From: Tessaracoccus sp.
GTDB lineage: Bacteria; Actinomycetota; Actinomycetes; Propionibacteriales; Propionibacteriaceae
Direction: 5' to 3'
NCBI GenBank assembly: GCA_041393555.1
Contig: JAWKJW010000021.1
Span: forward strand, 4,918 to 68,917
Length of the DNA stretch: 64,000 nucleotides
In this document: positions 49,682 to 58,780 of the stretch, one piece after another
Numbering within the stretch: position 1 is the stretch's first letter
Layout of the letters: the number at the start of each line of letters is the position of its first letter
Program-made: the position numbers and the translations under genes
The notes under the pieces: model-generated
What the model was told of the DNA's origin: nothing
The model's database searches: none
Seen by the model: the letters and a program-made list of their open reading frames with translations, nothing else

Positions 49682-50384
49682 GCGGGTCGTCGCCGAGTGC
49701 TCGCACCACGGCGCGCAGCTCGATGAGTCCGGACCGTGCTGTTTCGCGCACCTGCCTGGCTGAGGCGGCGAGTTCGGGGTCGTGCGTGTTGACTTCGAAC
49801 GCGCCGGCCTGCATCGTCACCAGCGTGAGCACCCGGCCGATCGAGTCGTGCATTTCGCGAGCGATGCGCTCGCGTTCGTCCAATGCCGCCTGATGCGCCG
49901 CGGCCTCGCGCTCGAGCTCTGCGCGGACGGCTTGCTCGGCGGCCGATTCCAGCCGTTCTCGCTGAACCCGAATGTAGGTGCCTGCCAGCGGAGCCAACAA
50001 GCTCACGGCCGCGTCGAGCATCGCATTGGCAATCATCTCCCACCAGGGGTCGCCAGAGCCGACCGCGTGTCTGTAGCTGAGTACGCCGATGATGGTTGCG
50101 GCGATTCCCGCGATGATCCACACATGCTTCCCACGGCATCGCATGGAGAGACTCAGCATGCCCACGATGTAGACCGCAGGTCCGAGGCCGAGAACGAGTT
50201 CTATCGCTCCCAGGAGGGCCAGGGCATGGGGAAACCGGGTACGAAGGAGCACCGCCGCCACCGCGAGAGGCAGCAGGGCAAGGTGCAGCACCAGCTCACG
50301 GTTTCCCGTCGCAGGTCCGGTGACGAAGGAGTAGATCAGCGCGCCGAGTCCTGCGAGATAGATCACATGCGAGCGCCATCCCAT
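49650..50384 (-). pseudogene. Truncated NarX-type sensor kinase (no HATPase domain)
   Basis: TM segments and ERERIAREMHDS, then the ORF ends inside the 3' end of the convergent deacetylase gene. Confidence 0.75.
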
Positions 50385-50393
50385 AGCCGCGCC

Positions 50394-51041
50394 TCAGGCC
50401 GTGGCATCTCGAACGAGCAGCGCGAGCCGTACGCGGTTGCTGTCGCCGAGCTTCGAGAACACATGGGTGAGGTGGGTCTTCACCGTGGCTTCCGAGCAGA
50501 AGAGCCTGGCTCCGATCTCGGCGTTCGACAGGCCTTCTGCCACGAACTCGACGACCTCCCGCTCCCTGGTGCTGAGGTGCTCCAGCATCATGCGCGCGGT
50601 CTTGCGGCGCTGATCCCTGCCGGTATCGGCGAACCGATCGATCAGTGCGCGCGTATGCGCCGGGCTCAGCATCGCGTCGCCCGCGGCCACAATGCGCACC
50701 GCATCGATGAGGTCACCGGGTGGAGTGTCCTTGAGGAGGAAGCCGCTCGCCCCCGCTTCGATGGCCGCGAAGACGTGCTCGTCGAGCTGGAAGGTGGTCA
50801 GCACCAGCACATGTGGAGGATCGGGTTCCGCCATCAGGCGGCGGGTCGCTTCGATGCCGTCGAGGTGCGGCATGCGGATGTCCATCATCAGCAGATCTGG
50901 ATGGGCATGCCTTACCAGGCTGGGTACCCCCGTGCCGTCTTCGGCCTCGCCCACCACCTGCAGGTCGTCTGCGGAGGAAAGGATCGCCCGTAGTCCTGCG
51001 CGCATGAGCGCGTCGTCATCCACGATCGCGACTCGGATCAC
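50394..51041 (-). CDS. NarL/LuxR family response regulator
   Basis: IVDDD, MDIRMP, LTTF, LSTREREV..GLSNAEI..TVKTH. Confidence 0.93.
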   Translation of the reverse strand: MIRVAIVDDDALMRAGLRAILSSADDLQVVGEAEDGTGVPSLVRHAHPDLLMMDIRMPHLDGIEATRRLMAEPDPPHVLVLTTFQLDEHVFAAIEAGASGFLLKDTPPGDLIDAVRIVAAGDAMLSPAHTRALIDRFADTGRDQRRKTARMMLEHLSTREREVVEFVAEGLSNAEIGARLFCSEATVKTHLTHVFSKLGDSNRVRLALLVRDATA

Positions 51042-52192
51042 GGTGCCACCTCCCATGGCAGCCACACCGTTAGTGCAAACCGACCCTGCGATACTCGCGC
51101 ATCGAGTTTCCCGCCGAGTACGGAAACTCGTCGACGCAATGCGTCGAGGCCGGTTCCCGCGCCCGCTTCGCCGCCTGGCATCAAGGGGTTCTCGGCCACA
51201 ACCTTTGCGCCGGCGCCGGGAGCGCCTGTGAGTCGTATGCGGATGGGTGCGCCGGGGGCGTGGCGATGCGCGTTGGTCAGTACTTCTTGCACCACTTGGT
51301 AGATCATCCGGCCAGTCGAGGGTGGCAGCGATGCGGCATCGATCAGTTCGTCGTCGAAGGTCACCACGGCACCGGCGTCGCGGCTCGCCTCGACGAGGTT
51401 CGTGATGGCAGCGAAGGTCGTGGTGGGAGACAGCTGGGTGTTCTCGCCTAGCGCGCGCACCGCTGCTCGTAGCTCGACGAGGCCCGAGCGCGCCGTCTCG
51501 CGGATGCGAGCAGCCGCCGAGATGTCTTCCGGTTCGCGGGAGCGGACCTCCATCGCGCCGGCCTGCATGCTCAGCCGGGCAAGCAGATGGCCGAGGGAAT
51601 CGTGCATCTCGTGGGCGATGCGTTCACGCTCCTCGCTCGCTGCGCGCCGCACGGCGAGTTCGTGTTCGAACGCTGCTCGTGCCGCGTGTGTGGCGGCGGC
51701 TTCCTGAAGGTCGCGTTGGATACGAAGATAGCGGCCTATGAGCGTTGGCGTCACTCCGAGGGCTACCCCCGTTACCACGGCGCTGAGCAGCGCCTGACCG
51801 CTTGAGATACTGTGTTCGACGTCGTATCGGTAGGTGCGGAAAGCGTCGATGACGGCGGCGAAACATGCCACGGTCCACACCGGAACACCTCGGCGGCGTA
51901 TCGCCAAGCTCAACATGCCGAAGGCGTAGACGTTGTATCCGATGCCGGCGATGATCTCGATCAGCCCAAGGAGTGCAAGAGCGTAGGGAAACCGTACGCG
52001 TAAGAGCACCGCGGCGACGACGAACGGAGCCATCGCCGCCCAGAGCGCCCACTCCGTCCGGCCCGCCCCCCACTGAGTGATGTAGGACGCAACCCCGAGC
52101 AGTACGAAGTAGATCAGGTGCGAGCTCCATTGCATGACCCGCGGGCGATCACGCAGCCGGATTCTCTGCGTTGGCGTCGCTGCAGCCGTCAT
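51038..52192 (-). CDS. Membrane sensor histidine kinase (HisKA_3)
   Basis: RIAHEMHDSLGH, QEVLTNAHRHA, GTGL. Confidence 0.92.
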   Translation of the reverse strand: MTAAATPTQRIRLRDRPRVMQWSSHLIYFVLLGVASYITQWGAGRTEWALWAAMAPFVVAAVLLRVRFPYALALLGLIEIIAGIGYNVYAFGMLSLAIRRRGVPVWTVACFAAVIDAFRTYRYDVEHSISSGQALLSAVVTGVALGVTPTLIGRYLRIQRDLQEAAATHAARAAFEHELAVRRAASEERERIAHEMHDSLGHLLARLSMQAGAMEVRSREPEDISAAARIRETARSGLVELRAAVRALGENTQLSPTTTFAAITNLVEASRDAGAVVTFDDELIDAASLPPSTGRMIYQVVQEVLTNAHRHAPGAPIRIRLTGAPGAGAKVVAENPLMPGGEAGAGTGLDALRRRVSVLGGKLDARVSQGRFALTVWLPWEVAP

Positions 52193-52301
52193 ATCAGGAT
52201 GTTACTGATCGAGAAGCGCTGGCGGAGTACACCCCAGGTCGTATTCTTCTCGACCTGATCGGGCGATGTGGGCACTGCGGATGACACGCAATGCTCGGGT
52301 C

Positions 52302-53069
52302 ATGACCACCCAGACCCCTTATGTCACCGGCGCCCTCATCGTCGCCGAGCACCTTTCCAAGTCATATCCGGTGGGTTCATCCACCGTCGATGTCCTGCAC
52401 GACGTCTCGCTCACCGTGAGCGAGGGAGAGGTCTGCGCCATCATGGGGCCGTCGGGATCGGGCAAGTCCACTCTGCTGTACTGTCTTGCCGGCCTCGAAC
52501 AACCGACCACCGGCGATGTCGCCCTCCTCGGCACGAGTCTCAACCGGAGTTCGCGTAAGCAGCTTGCCGAACTGCGCCGTGCGGAACTGGGTTTCGTCTT
52601 TCAGTCCTACAACCTCATGCCGACGCTGCCGGTGACCGAGAATGTGGCCCTTCCCTTCCGGCTGCGCGGTGAGCGCGTCGACAAGGCGCGCATCGAATCA
52701 GCCCTGGTCTCGGTGGGGCTCGGCGGACGCGGAGCGACCCTGCCGTCTTCGATGTCTGGCGGCGAGCAACAGCGTGTGGCGATCGCCCGGGTGCTCGCCC
52801 AGCGTCCGAAGATCGTCTTCGCCGACGAGCCCACCGGAGCCCTGGATACAAAGTCGGGGCGTGCCGTGCTAGCCGAGCTGCAACGCATAGGCCGCACTGC
52901 CGGGCAGTGCGTGCTCGTCGTGACTCACGATCCGGCGGTGGCGGCCTCCTGCGACCGGGTTGTGTTCATGAGAGACGGTCGGCTCGCCCATCAGGTATCG
53001 GAACCAACCACCGAAGGTGTAGCGAGCATGCTCGCGGCGCTGGAGGAGAGTGGGCAGGAGGCGGCGTGA
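52302..53069 (+). CDS. ABC transporter ATP-binding protein (LolD/MacB type)
   Basis: GPSGSGKS, MSGGEQQRVAIAR, FADEPTGALD. Confidence 0.93.
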   Translation: MTTQTPYVTGALIVAEHLSKSYPVGSSTVDVLHDVSLTVSEGEVCAIMGPSGSGKSTLLYCLAGLEQPTTGDVALLGTSLNRSSRKQLAELRRAELGFVFQSYNLMPTLPVTENVALPFRLRGERVDKARIESALVSVGLGGRGATLPSSMSGGEQQRVAIARVLAQRPKIVFADEPTGALDTKSGRAVLAELQRIGRTAGQCVLVVTHDPAVAASCDRVVFMRDGRLAHQVSEPTTEGVASMLAALEESGQEAA

Positions 53070-54475
53070 TGCGCGCGCTCGTATTCTCGGAGCTGCGAGC
53101 GGCCTGGACATCTTGGCTCGCCGTGCTCATCGCCTTCATCGTGACCAGTTTTGCGATCGTGCTGGCGGTGCTCGCCATCGACAGTCTTTCCGCGACGATC
53201 GCGAGTGGGAACGTGCCAGAGTCGGAAGGACCCGCGTTGATCTTCCTGCCCGCGTGGAACCTCGCGCTCGCCATCATCGGAACCCTGAGCGTCATCGGCG
53301 CGGTCACGGGCCTGGTGGTACAAGCGCGACGCGGTGCTGTTGCCCGGTTGTCGCTCGCAGGTGCGACGCCAGGCCAGGTATCGCGCATTCTGCTGGGGCA
53401 ACTCGCGATCGTCGCGCTCGCAGGGTCTGTGCTCGGTGTCGTTGCCGCCATCATCGTGCAGCCTGCGGCTATCGCGGAGGCCGTGGGGGAGCGCGGAGTG
53501 TCTCGTGACATCGCCGTCGTACGTGTGGACCCGTTGCTGGTGCTCGTCGGTGCGGGAGGGTTCGTGCTCTTCGCCCTGCTCGCAGGCCTGAGACAGTCGC
53601 GGATCGCTGCCGCGGTGCTGCCCGTAGAGGCGCTGCGCACCGTTCCGGGTGCGACGGTTCGGCGGCGTCAGATCTTCCGCTGGATCGCCGCTGTGCTGTT
53701 GGCGCTCGGCACGGTCGTACTCGCCGCGGCTGCCATCGTGACCGCTCCACACCTGGGGGTGGATGGGGGCGACACCATCATGCAAGCGGCCGTCGGCTGC
53801 ATTCTGCTGACCAGCATCGTGTTGTCGTTGAGTGCGCCGCTCACCATAGGACAACTGACGCGCGCATGGACGGCGCTCGTGCCGTCGCGTTCAGCCTCCT
53901 GGGTGCTCGCCCGCTCCGCCGTCATCACGCGGGGTGAGCGCCTTTCCCGCACGGTGACGCCCATCGCCATGGCCGTCGGGTTGATCGTCGGTTTGCAGGC
54001 GATCGTCGGCTCGGTCGTCGCCGTGCTCGACCAGCTGGAGCGCGAGCAGATCGAGCATGCCGGAACCGGAGCGGTCCTCGGCCTGATCGGGCTGGTGCTG
54101 CTCATCTCGATCTCGGGCGGCGTGAGCGTCGTGCTGATCATGTCCCGGCAGCGGGAGGCGGAGCTGGCACTCGCTGGCGTTGTTGGCGCGACGAGGCGCC
54201 AGCAGGTGCTCGTGCCGGTCTTCGAAGGCGTCATCATCACGGTGAGCGCCACGATCCTCGGCCTCATCATGGCGGCCGTTGGCATGGCTGTCTTCGTGAT
54301 CGGCACCAACACCCTCGATCTCGGTGTGACGGCCCCGGTGTTCATACCGTGGGCGGACCTGACGGTCGTCATGCTGTTGTGTGCCGCCGTCGTGATCGCC
54401 GCGACGACCCTGCCGGTGCTGAAATCTCTGGAGAAGCCCGCGCGCCAGGTGGTGGCCCAACTCGCGGCGGAGTGA
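53069..54475 (+). CDS. FtsX-like ABC permease
   Basis: Multi-TM with two FtsX-like R..LAL.GAT repeats. Confidence 0.85.
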   Translation: MRALVFSELRAAWTSWLAVLIAFIVTSFAIVLAVLAIDSLSATIASGNVPESEGPALIFLPAWNLALAIIGTLSVIGAVTGLVVQARRGAVARLSLAGATPGQVSRILLGQLAIVALAGSVLGVVAAIIVQPAAIAEAVGERGVSRDIAVVRVDPLLVLVGAGGFVLFALLAGLRQSRIAAAVLPVEALRTVPGATVRRRQIFRWIAAVLLALGTVVLAAAAIVTAPHLGVDGGDTIMQAAVGCILLTSIVLSLSAPLTIGQLTRAWTALVPSRSASWVLARSAVITRGERLSRTVTPIAMAVGLIVGLQAIVGSVVAVLDQLEREQIEHAGTGAVLGLIGLVLLISISGGVSVVLIMSRQREAELALAGVVGATRRQQVLVPVFEGVIITVSATILGLIMAAVGMAVFVIGTNTLDLGVTAPVFIPWADLTVVMLLCAAVVIAATTLPVLKSLEKPARQVVAQLAAE

Positions 54476-54608
54476 CGACGTTGAACGGAGGCTCATCGAG
54501 GTGGCCCGAATCGCCGTCGACGCCAACACGGATGCAGGCCCAGACGGCGATGGTCACACCGGTTCTGCCACGGAAGTCACGTTAGGCGTAGGGGCTGACA
54601 CTTTGGAT

Positions 54609-54644
54609 CTTGGGGAGTCCGGCCGTGTGGCCGGACTCCCCAAG
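54609..54644 (-). terminator. Hairpin after rtcB
   Basis: CTTGGGGAGTCCGGCC-GTGT-GGCCGGACTCCCCAAG. Confidence 0.75.
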
Positions 54645-54647
54645 TGC

Positions 54648-55478
54648 CTACTCCTTCACGCAGAGGATCGTCTCGAGGCGGGCCTCGATGGTGACGAGGT
54701 CGGACTGGTTGGCCATCACCTCGTTCAGATCCTTGTAGGCCGCCGGGATCTCGTCGAGTACCCCACCGTCCTTGCGGTACTCGACGCCAGCGGTCTGGGC
54801 GGCGAGGTCGGCGATCGTGAACTCGCGCTTGGCGCGAGCACGAGACATCCGACGACCGGCGCCGTGCGACGCAGACTGGAACGACTCCTCCGAGCCCAGG
54901 CCGGAGACGATGAACGACCCTGTGCCCATCGAGCCGGGGATGATCCCCAGCTGGCCTGTGCGGGCCGAGATGGCGCCCTTGCGCGTCACCACCAGGTCGA
55001 GACCGTCGTGGACCTCCTCCGACACGTAGTTGTGGTGGCACTGGATGGGCTCGTCGAACGCGATCTGCGGGAAGTGGGTCCGCAGCACGTCGGTGAGCAG
55101 CGCCAGCATCACGTGTCGGTTGAGCAGGGCGTAGTCCTGGGCCCAGTACAGGTCGTGCAGGTAGTCGTCCCACTCGGGCAGCACCCGGCCGGCCTCGTCG
55201 CGATGCAGGAACACCGCGAGATCGCGATCGGGCAGATCGGTGTTCCAGTCCAACGTCTTCGCCTTGTGGATGTGGCGCTCCGCGATCACCGAGCCGACGG
55301 TCGCTCCGTTGCCCAGATGCACGTCGGGCATCGCGAGCACGCCATGCACCCACGGCAGCTTGGAGATGTTGCGGAGCTGGTCGAGGGCGGCGTGCTCGAT
55401 CTCGTGCTCGGGCGCCCAGACATAGGTGGGGGCCACCGCTCCGCGCAGAGCGAAGGGCAGGCCTCGTGCGTTGACCAT
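54648..55478 (-). CDS. rtcB: RtcB family RNA ligase with in-frame internal deletion (probably inactive)
   Basis: MPDVHLG.GATVGSVIA, CHHNY, RKGA, IPGSMG, SASHGAGR and DEIP.AYK are present. VGVDIGCG, GGNHF and HSGSR are absent. Confidence 0.88.
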   Translation of the reverse strand: MVNARGLPFALRGAVAPTYVWAPEHEIEHAALDQLRNISKLPWVHGVLAMPDVHLGNGATVGSVIAERHIHKAKTLDWNTDLPDRDLAVFLHRDEAGRVLPEWDDYLHDLYWAQDYALLNRHVMLALLTDVLRTHFPQIAFDEPIQCHHNYVSEEVHDGLDLVVTRKGAISARTGQLGIIPGSMGTGSFIVSGLGSEESFQSASHGAGRRMSRARAKREFTIADLAAQTAGVEYRKDGGVLDEIPAAYKDLNEVMANQSDLVTIEARLETILCVKE

Positions 55479-55542
55479 GATCGGTCCTTATCTGTTGATG
55501 ATGTGGTTGGGTACGACGTTCGGGCGCGAGCGCGGTGGTGGG

Positions 55543-56103
55543 TCATTGACTGTCTTGGAGGATGCGCCAGACCTCGGCCTGGACGCCGGCGTATTGGGTG
55601 ACGTCGACGCGCGGATCCCACAGCAGCTTCATGCCGGCCTCCTCGGGGGTCTGGGCGGCCTTGAACTCGTTGCAGTTGCCGCACGCCGCGACGAGGTTGC
55701 CCCAGGTCCAGCCGCCGCCCCTCGACTCGGGGAGCACGTGGTCGACGGTGTTGGCATAGTCCCCGCAGTAGGCGCAGGTCCAGCCGTCGCGACGCAGCAC
55801 GTCGAGGCGGCTGCAGCGGGTGTGCAGATCAGGTGCCTTCCGGTGAGGGATGGTGACCCAGTAGTTGAGCCGCACGATGATCGGCCACGCCATGTCGACG
55901 GTGCCACCGGCAGAACGCACGCGACGCGTCTGCTCCACCTTGAACGGGGAGTAGACACCGTCGAGGATGCCCGAGACCGCGCTGGTCCAGTGCACCTCTC
56001 CTTTGACGTCGTAGTCGAGGCCGACGACGAACACGGTGTTGGTCCGAGATGGCTGAATCCCATGGGTGGGAAATGCCCTGTGGGCGTGCAGCATGGTCTT
56101 CAT
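55543..56103 (-). CDS. HNH endonuclease (McrA-like, Zn-binding)
   Basis: RRDGWTCAYCG..TVDHVLP.SRGG...W.NLVAAC..CN..K; RBS AAGGAGG. Confidence 0.9.
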   Translation of the reverse strand: MKTMLHAHRAFPTHGIQPSRTNTVFVVGLDYDVKGEVHWTSAVSGILDGVYSPFKVEQTRRVRSAGGTVDMAWPIIVRLNYWVTIPHRKAPDLHTRCSRLDVLRRDGWTCAYCGDYANTVDHVLPESRGGGWTWGNLVAACGNCNEFKAAQTPEEAGMKLLWDPRVDVTQYAGVQAEVWRILQDSQ

Positions 56104-56215
56104 GGGAGGCCTCCTTATCTGCTCTTCGGGTTATGTATGGATTCATGGTGAATTGTTTTATGGCAGGGTGAAGAGACTGAGGTCGAATCGTCGATATCTC
56201 AGCAATAGGGGCCAC

Positions 56216-56254
56216 AAAAAAGGCCCCTCGGGATGGTATTTCCCTCGGGGCCTT
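56216..56254 (-). terminator. Intrinsic terminator in the leader of the HNH-rtcB operon (attenuator)
   Basis: Minus strand AAGGCCCC-GA-GGGA-AATACCA-TCCC-GA-GGGGCC followed by TTTTTTGT. Confidence 0.8.
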
Positions 56255-56292
56255 GGCCTTACGCTGCCTGCAGCGTGACGGTGCTGCGTGGC

Positions 56293-56463
56293 TTAGGTCA
56301 GTGATGGCCCCTGGCGCGGGGAATCGTCGCGGCGCGAAGGCCGGGCGGTGGAGACAAACCAGTCCTGCGGGAACATGAAGGTTCGCTCCTCACGCGGCAG
56401 CGCACTCATCGGGCACGCCACGTACAGGCCCTTATGGCCCATCGTGTTGGTGCCCTGCGACAT
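56293..56463 (-). CDS. Putative 56-aa leader peptide
   Basis: AAGGAG RBS 7 nt before the ATG; lies between a promoter-like site and the terminator. Confidence 0.6.
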   Translation of the reverse strand: MSQGTNTMGHKGLYVACPMSALPREERTFMFPQDWFVSTARPSRRDDSPRQGPSLT

Positions 56464-56497
56464 GATCTTGCTCCTTCGTATATCAATGGCGGATAAC

Positions 56498-56527
56498 ACA
56501 GTAACAGCTTTTCTGGGGTATTGCCAA
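56498..56527 (-). promoter_or_regulatory. Putative sigma-A promoter
   Basis: TTGGCA-N18-TACTGT upstream of the leader ORF. Confidence 0.5.
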
Positions 56528-56656
56528 GCCGTCTTCTGAATGGCGGAGAATGCAATCCCGGAGCCGGGTTCTCTTTCGGCGACCTTTCCGGTCGTGGCGT
56601 AGGCGAAGATATGAAACTAAGAGTTTCTGAAGTAGGTGCCACCTACTGCAGAATCT

Positions 56657-57826
56657 CTAAACCGGATCGAGCACGATGGGCACCTTCGCCCAGCCGCTTA
56701 CCGGCGGGAGCTCGCGCACCGGGCCGCGCTCGCGCGACATCGCGATGTGCGTTGTCTGCGACAGCAGCTCCCAGATGATCACGCGCAGCTCCATCAGAGT
56801 GAGCGCCCGACCGGGGCACACGTGAGGCCCGATGCCGAAGACCAGGTTGGCGGCGGCGTGTTCGTCGGGGTTGAAAGCCTCCGGATCCGGAAAGGCATCG
56901 GGATCGCGGTTGGCGGCGGTCCAGTTGAGGATCACGCGGGTGCCGGCCTCGATGCGCTCGCCGCGCACCACGGTGTCCGCGTCGTGATCCGACGGTTGGA
57001 GACGAACGGGTCGTCGATGCGCAAGATCTCCTCCAACGCATGCTCGAACGCCGCCACGGCGCTCGTCGCGACGAGCTGCCGCAGATGACTCTGAAGCGCG
57101 ACGTCCGTGGCCAGGTGGTGCACGATGACCCCGACCGAGGCGGCGAGCGAGCCGAGGTCGCCCGCTGTCCAGTTGCGCAGGATCGAGACGATCTCGGCGT
57201 CGGGGAGTGGGTGAGCGTCGATGCGCTCGCGCATGAGGCGCGACGTCACGTCGTCCTCGTCCCGTCCCTCCGGGCATCCAGCAGCCGGGTGATGATGGCG
57301 TCGAATCGCTGCGCCACCTCCGCCAGCCGGGAGCGTTCGCCGGAACGGGTCGCCTCGCGATTGTCGGCCACCCAGGCGATCAGCTCCTTCTCGATGTCGT
57401 GTGGCCAGCCGAGCCACGTGCTCTGGGCGCGCACGGCATAGGGGGTGCCGATGTCCAGCACCGTCCGCACCGTCGTCCCTCGTGGGAGGGCTCCGATGAT
57501 GGCCGCGGCGTGATCGCGGCATTGCGGCTCCTGCGCGGCAACCTCGTCGTCGGTCAAGTAGGCGTCGATCAACGCTCGGTACGCACGGTGTTCGGCGCCG
57601 TCCAGGCTGTTGGGCAGCGCCCGGTGCGCGGAGACGGCACTGGAGAAGGTGCCGGGATCGAGGGCCGCAGCGCGCACGTCCTCGTGTGATAGGAGGGTGA
57701 CGGTGCCGTCGGAGTCTCTGACGACGGGGCAGGTCTCGCGTTGGGCATCCAGCAAGACCCGGAGGTCGGGACGTGTCCCGACCTCGGAATGGGGTCGACG
57801 TCGGTGAAGGAAGAAGAGTCCGCCAT
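56657..57826 (-). pseudogene. Cytochrome P450, about three frameshifts
   Basis: EEILR (ExxR), ANRDPDAFPDP and heme motif FGIGPHVCPG, spread over several frames. Confidence 0.85.
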
Positions 57827-58289
57827 GGAACGAGGATATGCCTGCGGTTGCCTACTCGTCGTCGGGGGCCCAGTGCAGGATGTCGCTCGCCATGATCTCC
57901 CGTGGGACTCCATCGTTCCCACTGGCGTTCCGGTCAGTACGTCCACCATGGCCTTTGGACAGAATCGGCAATAGATTGTGCCGCCCTACGCGGGTTCAGA
58001 GGCGTGCGGAGAGAACTCCTGTTCGAGCTTCTCGATGCGGTGCAAGGAGGCGGCGATGCGTTCTTCGTCCCAGCTCACTGCGGGGTCGGGCTCGAGATAG
58101 GCGAGCACCGCTGAGACGAGGGCGTAGGTTGCGACGCTCCACTCGGCCTCGACGAGAGACCCGAAGGCCTTGGCTCGCAGGGAGGGGTGGTGTTCCGTGG
58201 CAGGGGTTCTCGTGGCCAGGCCGGTCATGAGCGCGCCGATGGCTTCCGACATGATCCGGAAGCCAGAAGCCCCGTCGAGCGGAGGTGTC

Positions 58290-58695
58290 AAGCGGTAGCC
58301 GAGGGAGCCCGAGAAGAGGGCGTGGAGGTGGAGATCATCCCCGCCCAAGAGGCCCCGTCCCAGGTGGAGGCCGATGTCGTGTTGGTCGGTGCACTGACCC
58401 ATAATCGAGGAAGCCCAGCGAGAAATCGCGTGCGCAGGCGGAGGTCGCATACACCTCAGGCGTACGGGAGTGGATTCAGCATGCGGCACCTCTTCCCAGG
58501 CGCGTGCTCACCTTCTCCACCACCACCGGAACGATTTTTGCCGGCTCGGCCGGCAAGGCAGCGGCTAAGGCGCTCAAGAAGCGACGGCTTGCCGGGGTGC
58601 ACGGGCGAGACTTCACGGTGCGGGGCGCCCAGGGGCCGTTGGCGGACGGCGAGTTGGATGGTGCCCGACGGTGGGGGAAAGAACTGGTGCGCTGA
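58290..58695 (+). pseudogene. Flavodoxin-like remnant
   Basis: AVAEG...EAP...DVVLVGA.TH and FAGSAGKAAAK..GPLADGELDGARRWG lie in different frames; the N-terminal FMN loop was not seen. Confidence 0.55.
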
Positions 58696-58780
58696 GTGGT
58701 CCCTCGGGGAGGTCCTAGACTGGCGCCATGGTCCGACCCGGCCCGATTCGCCTGATTCACCCACGTGCTGCGAGTGCGAC

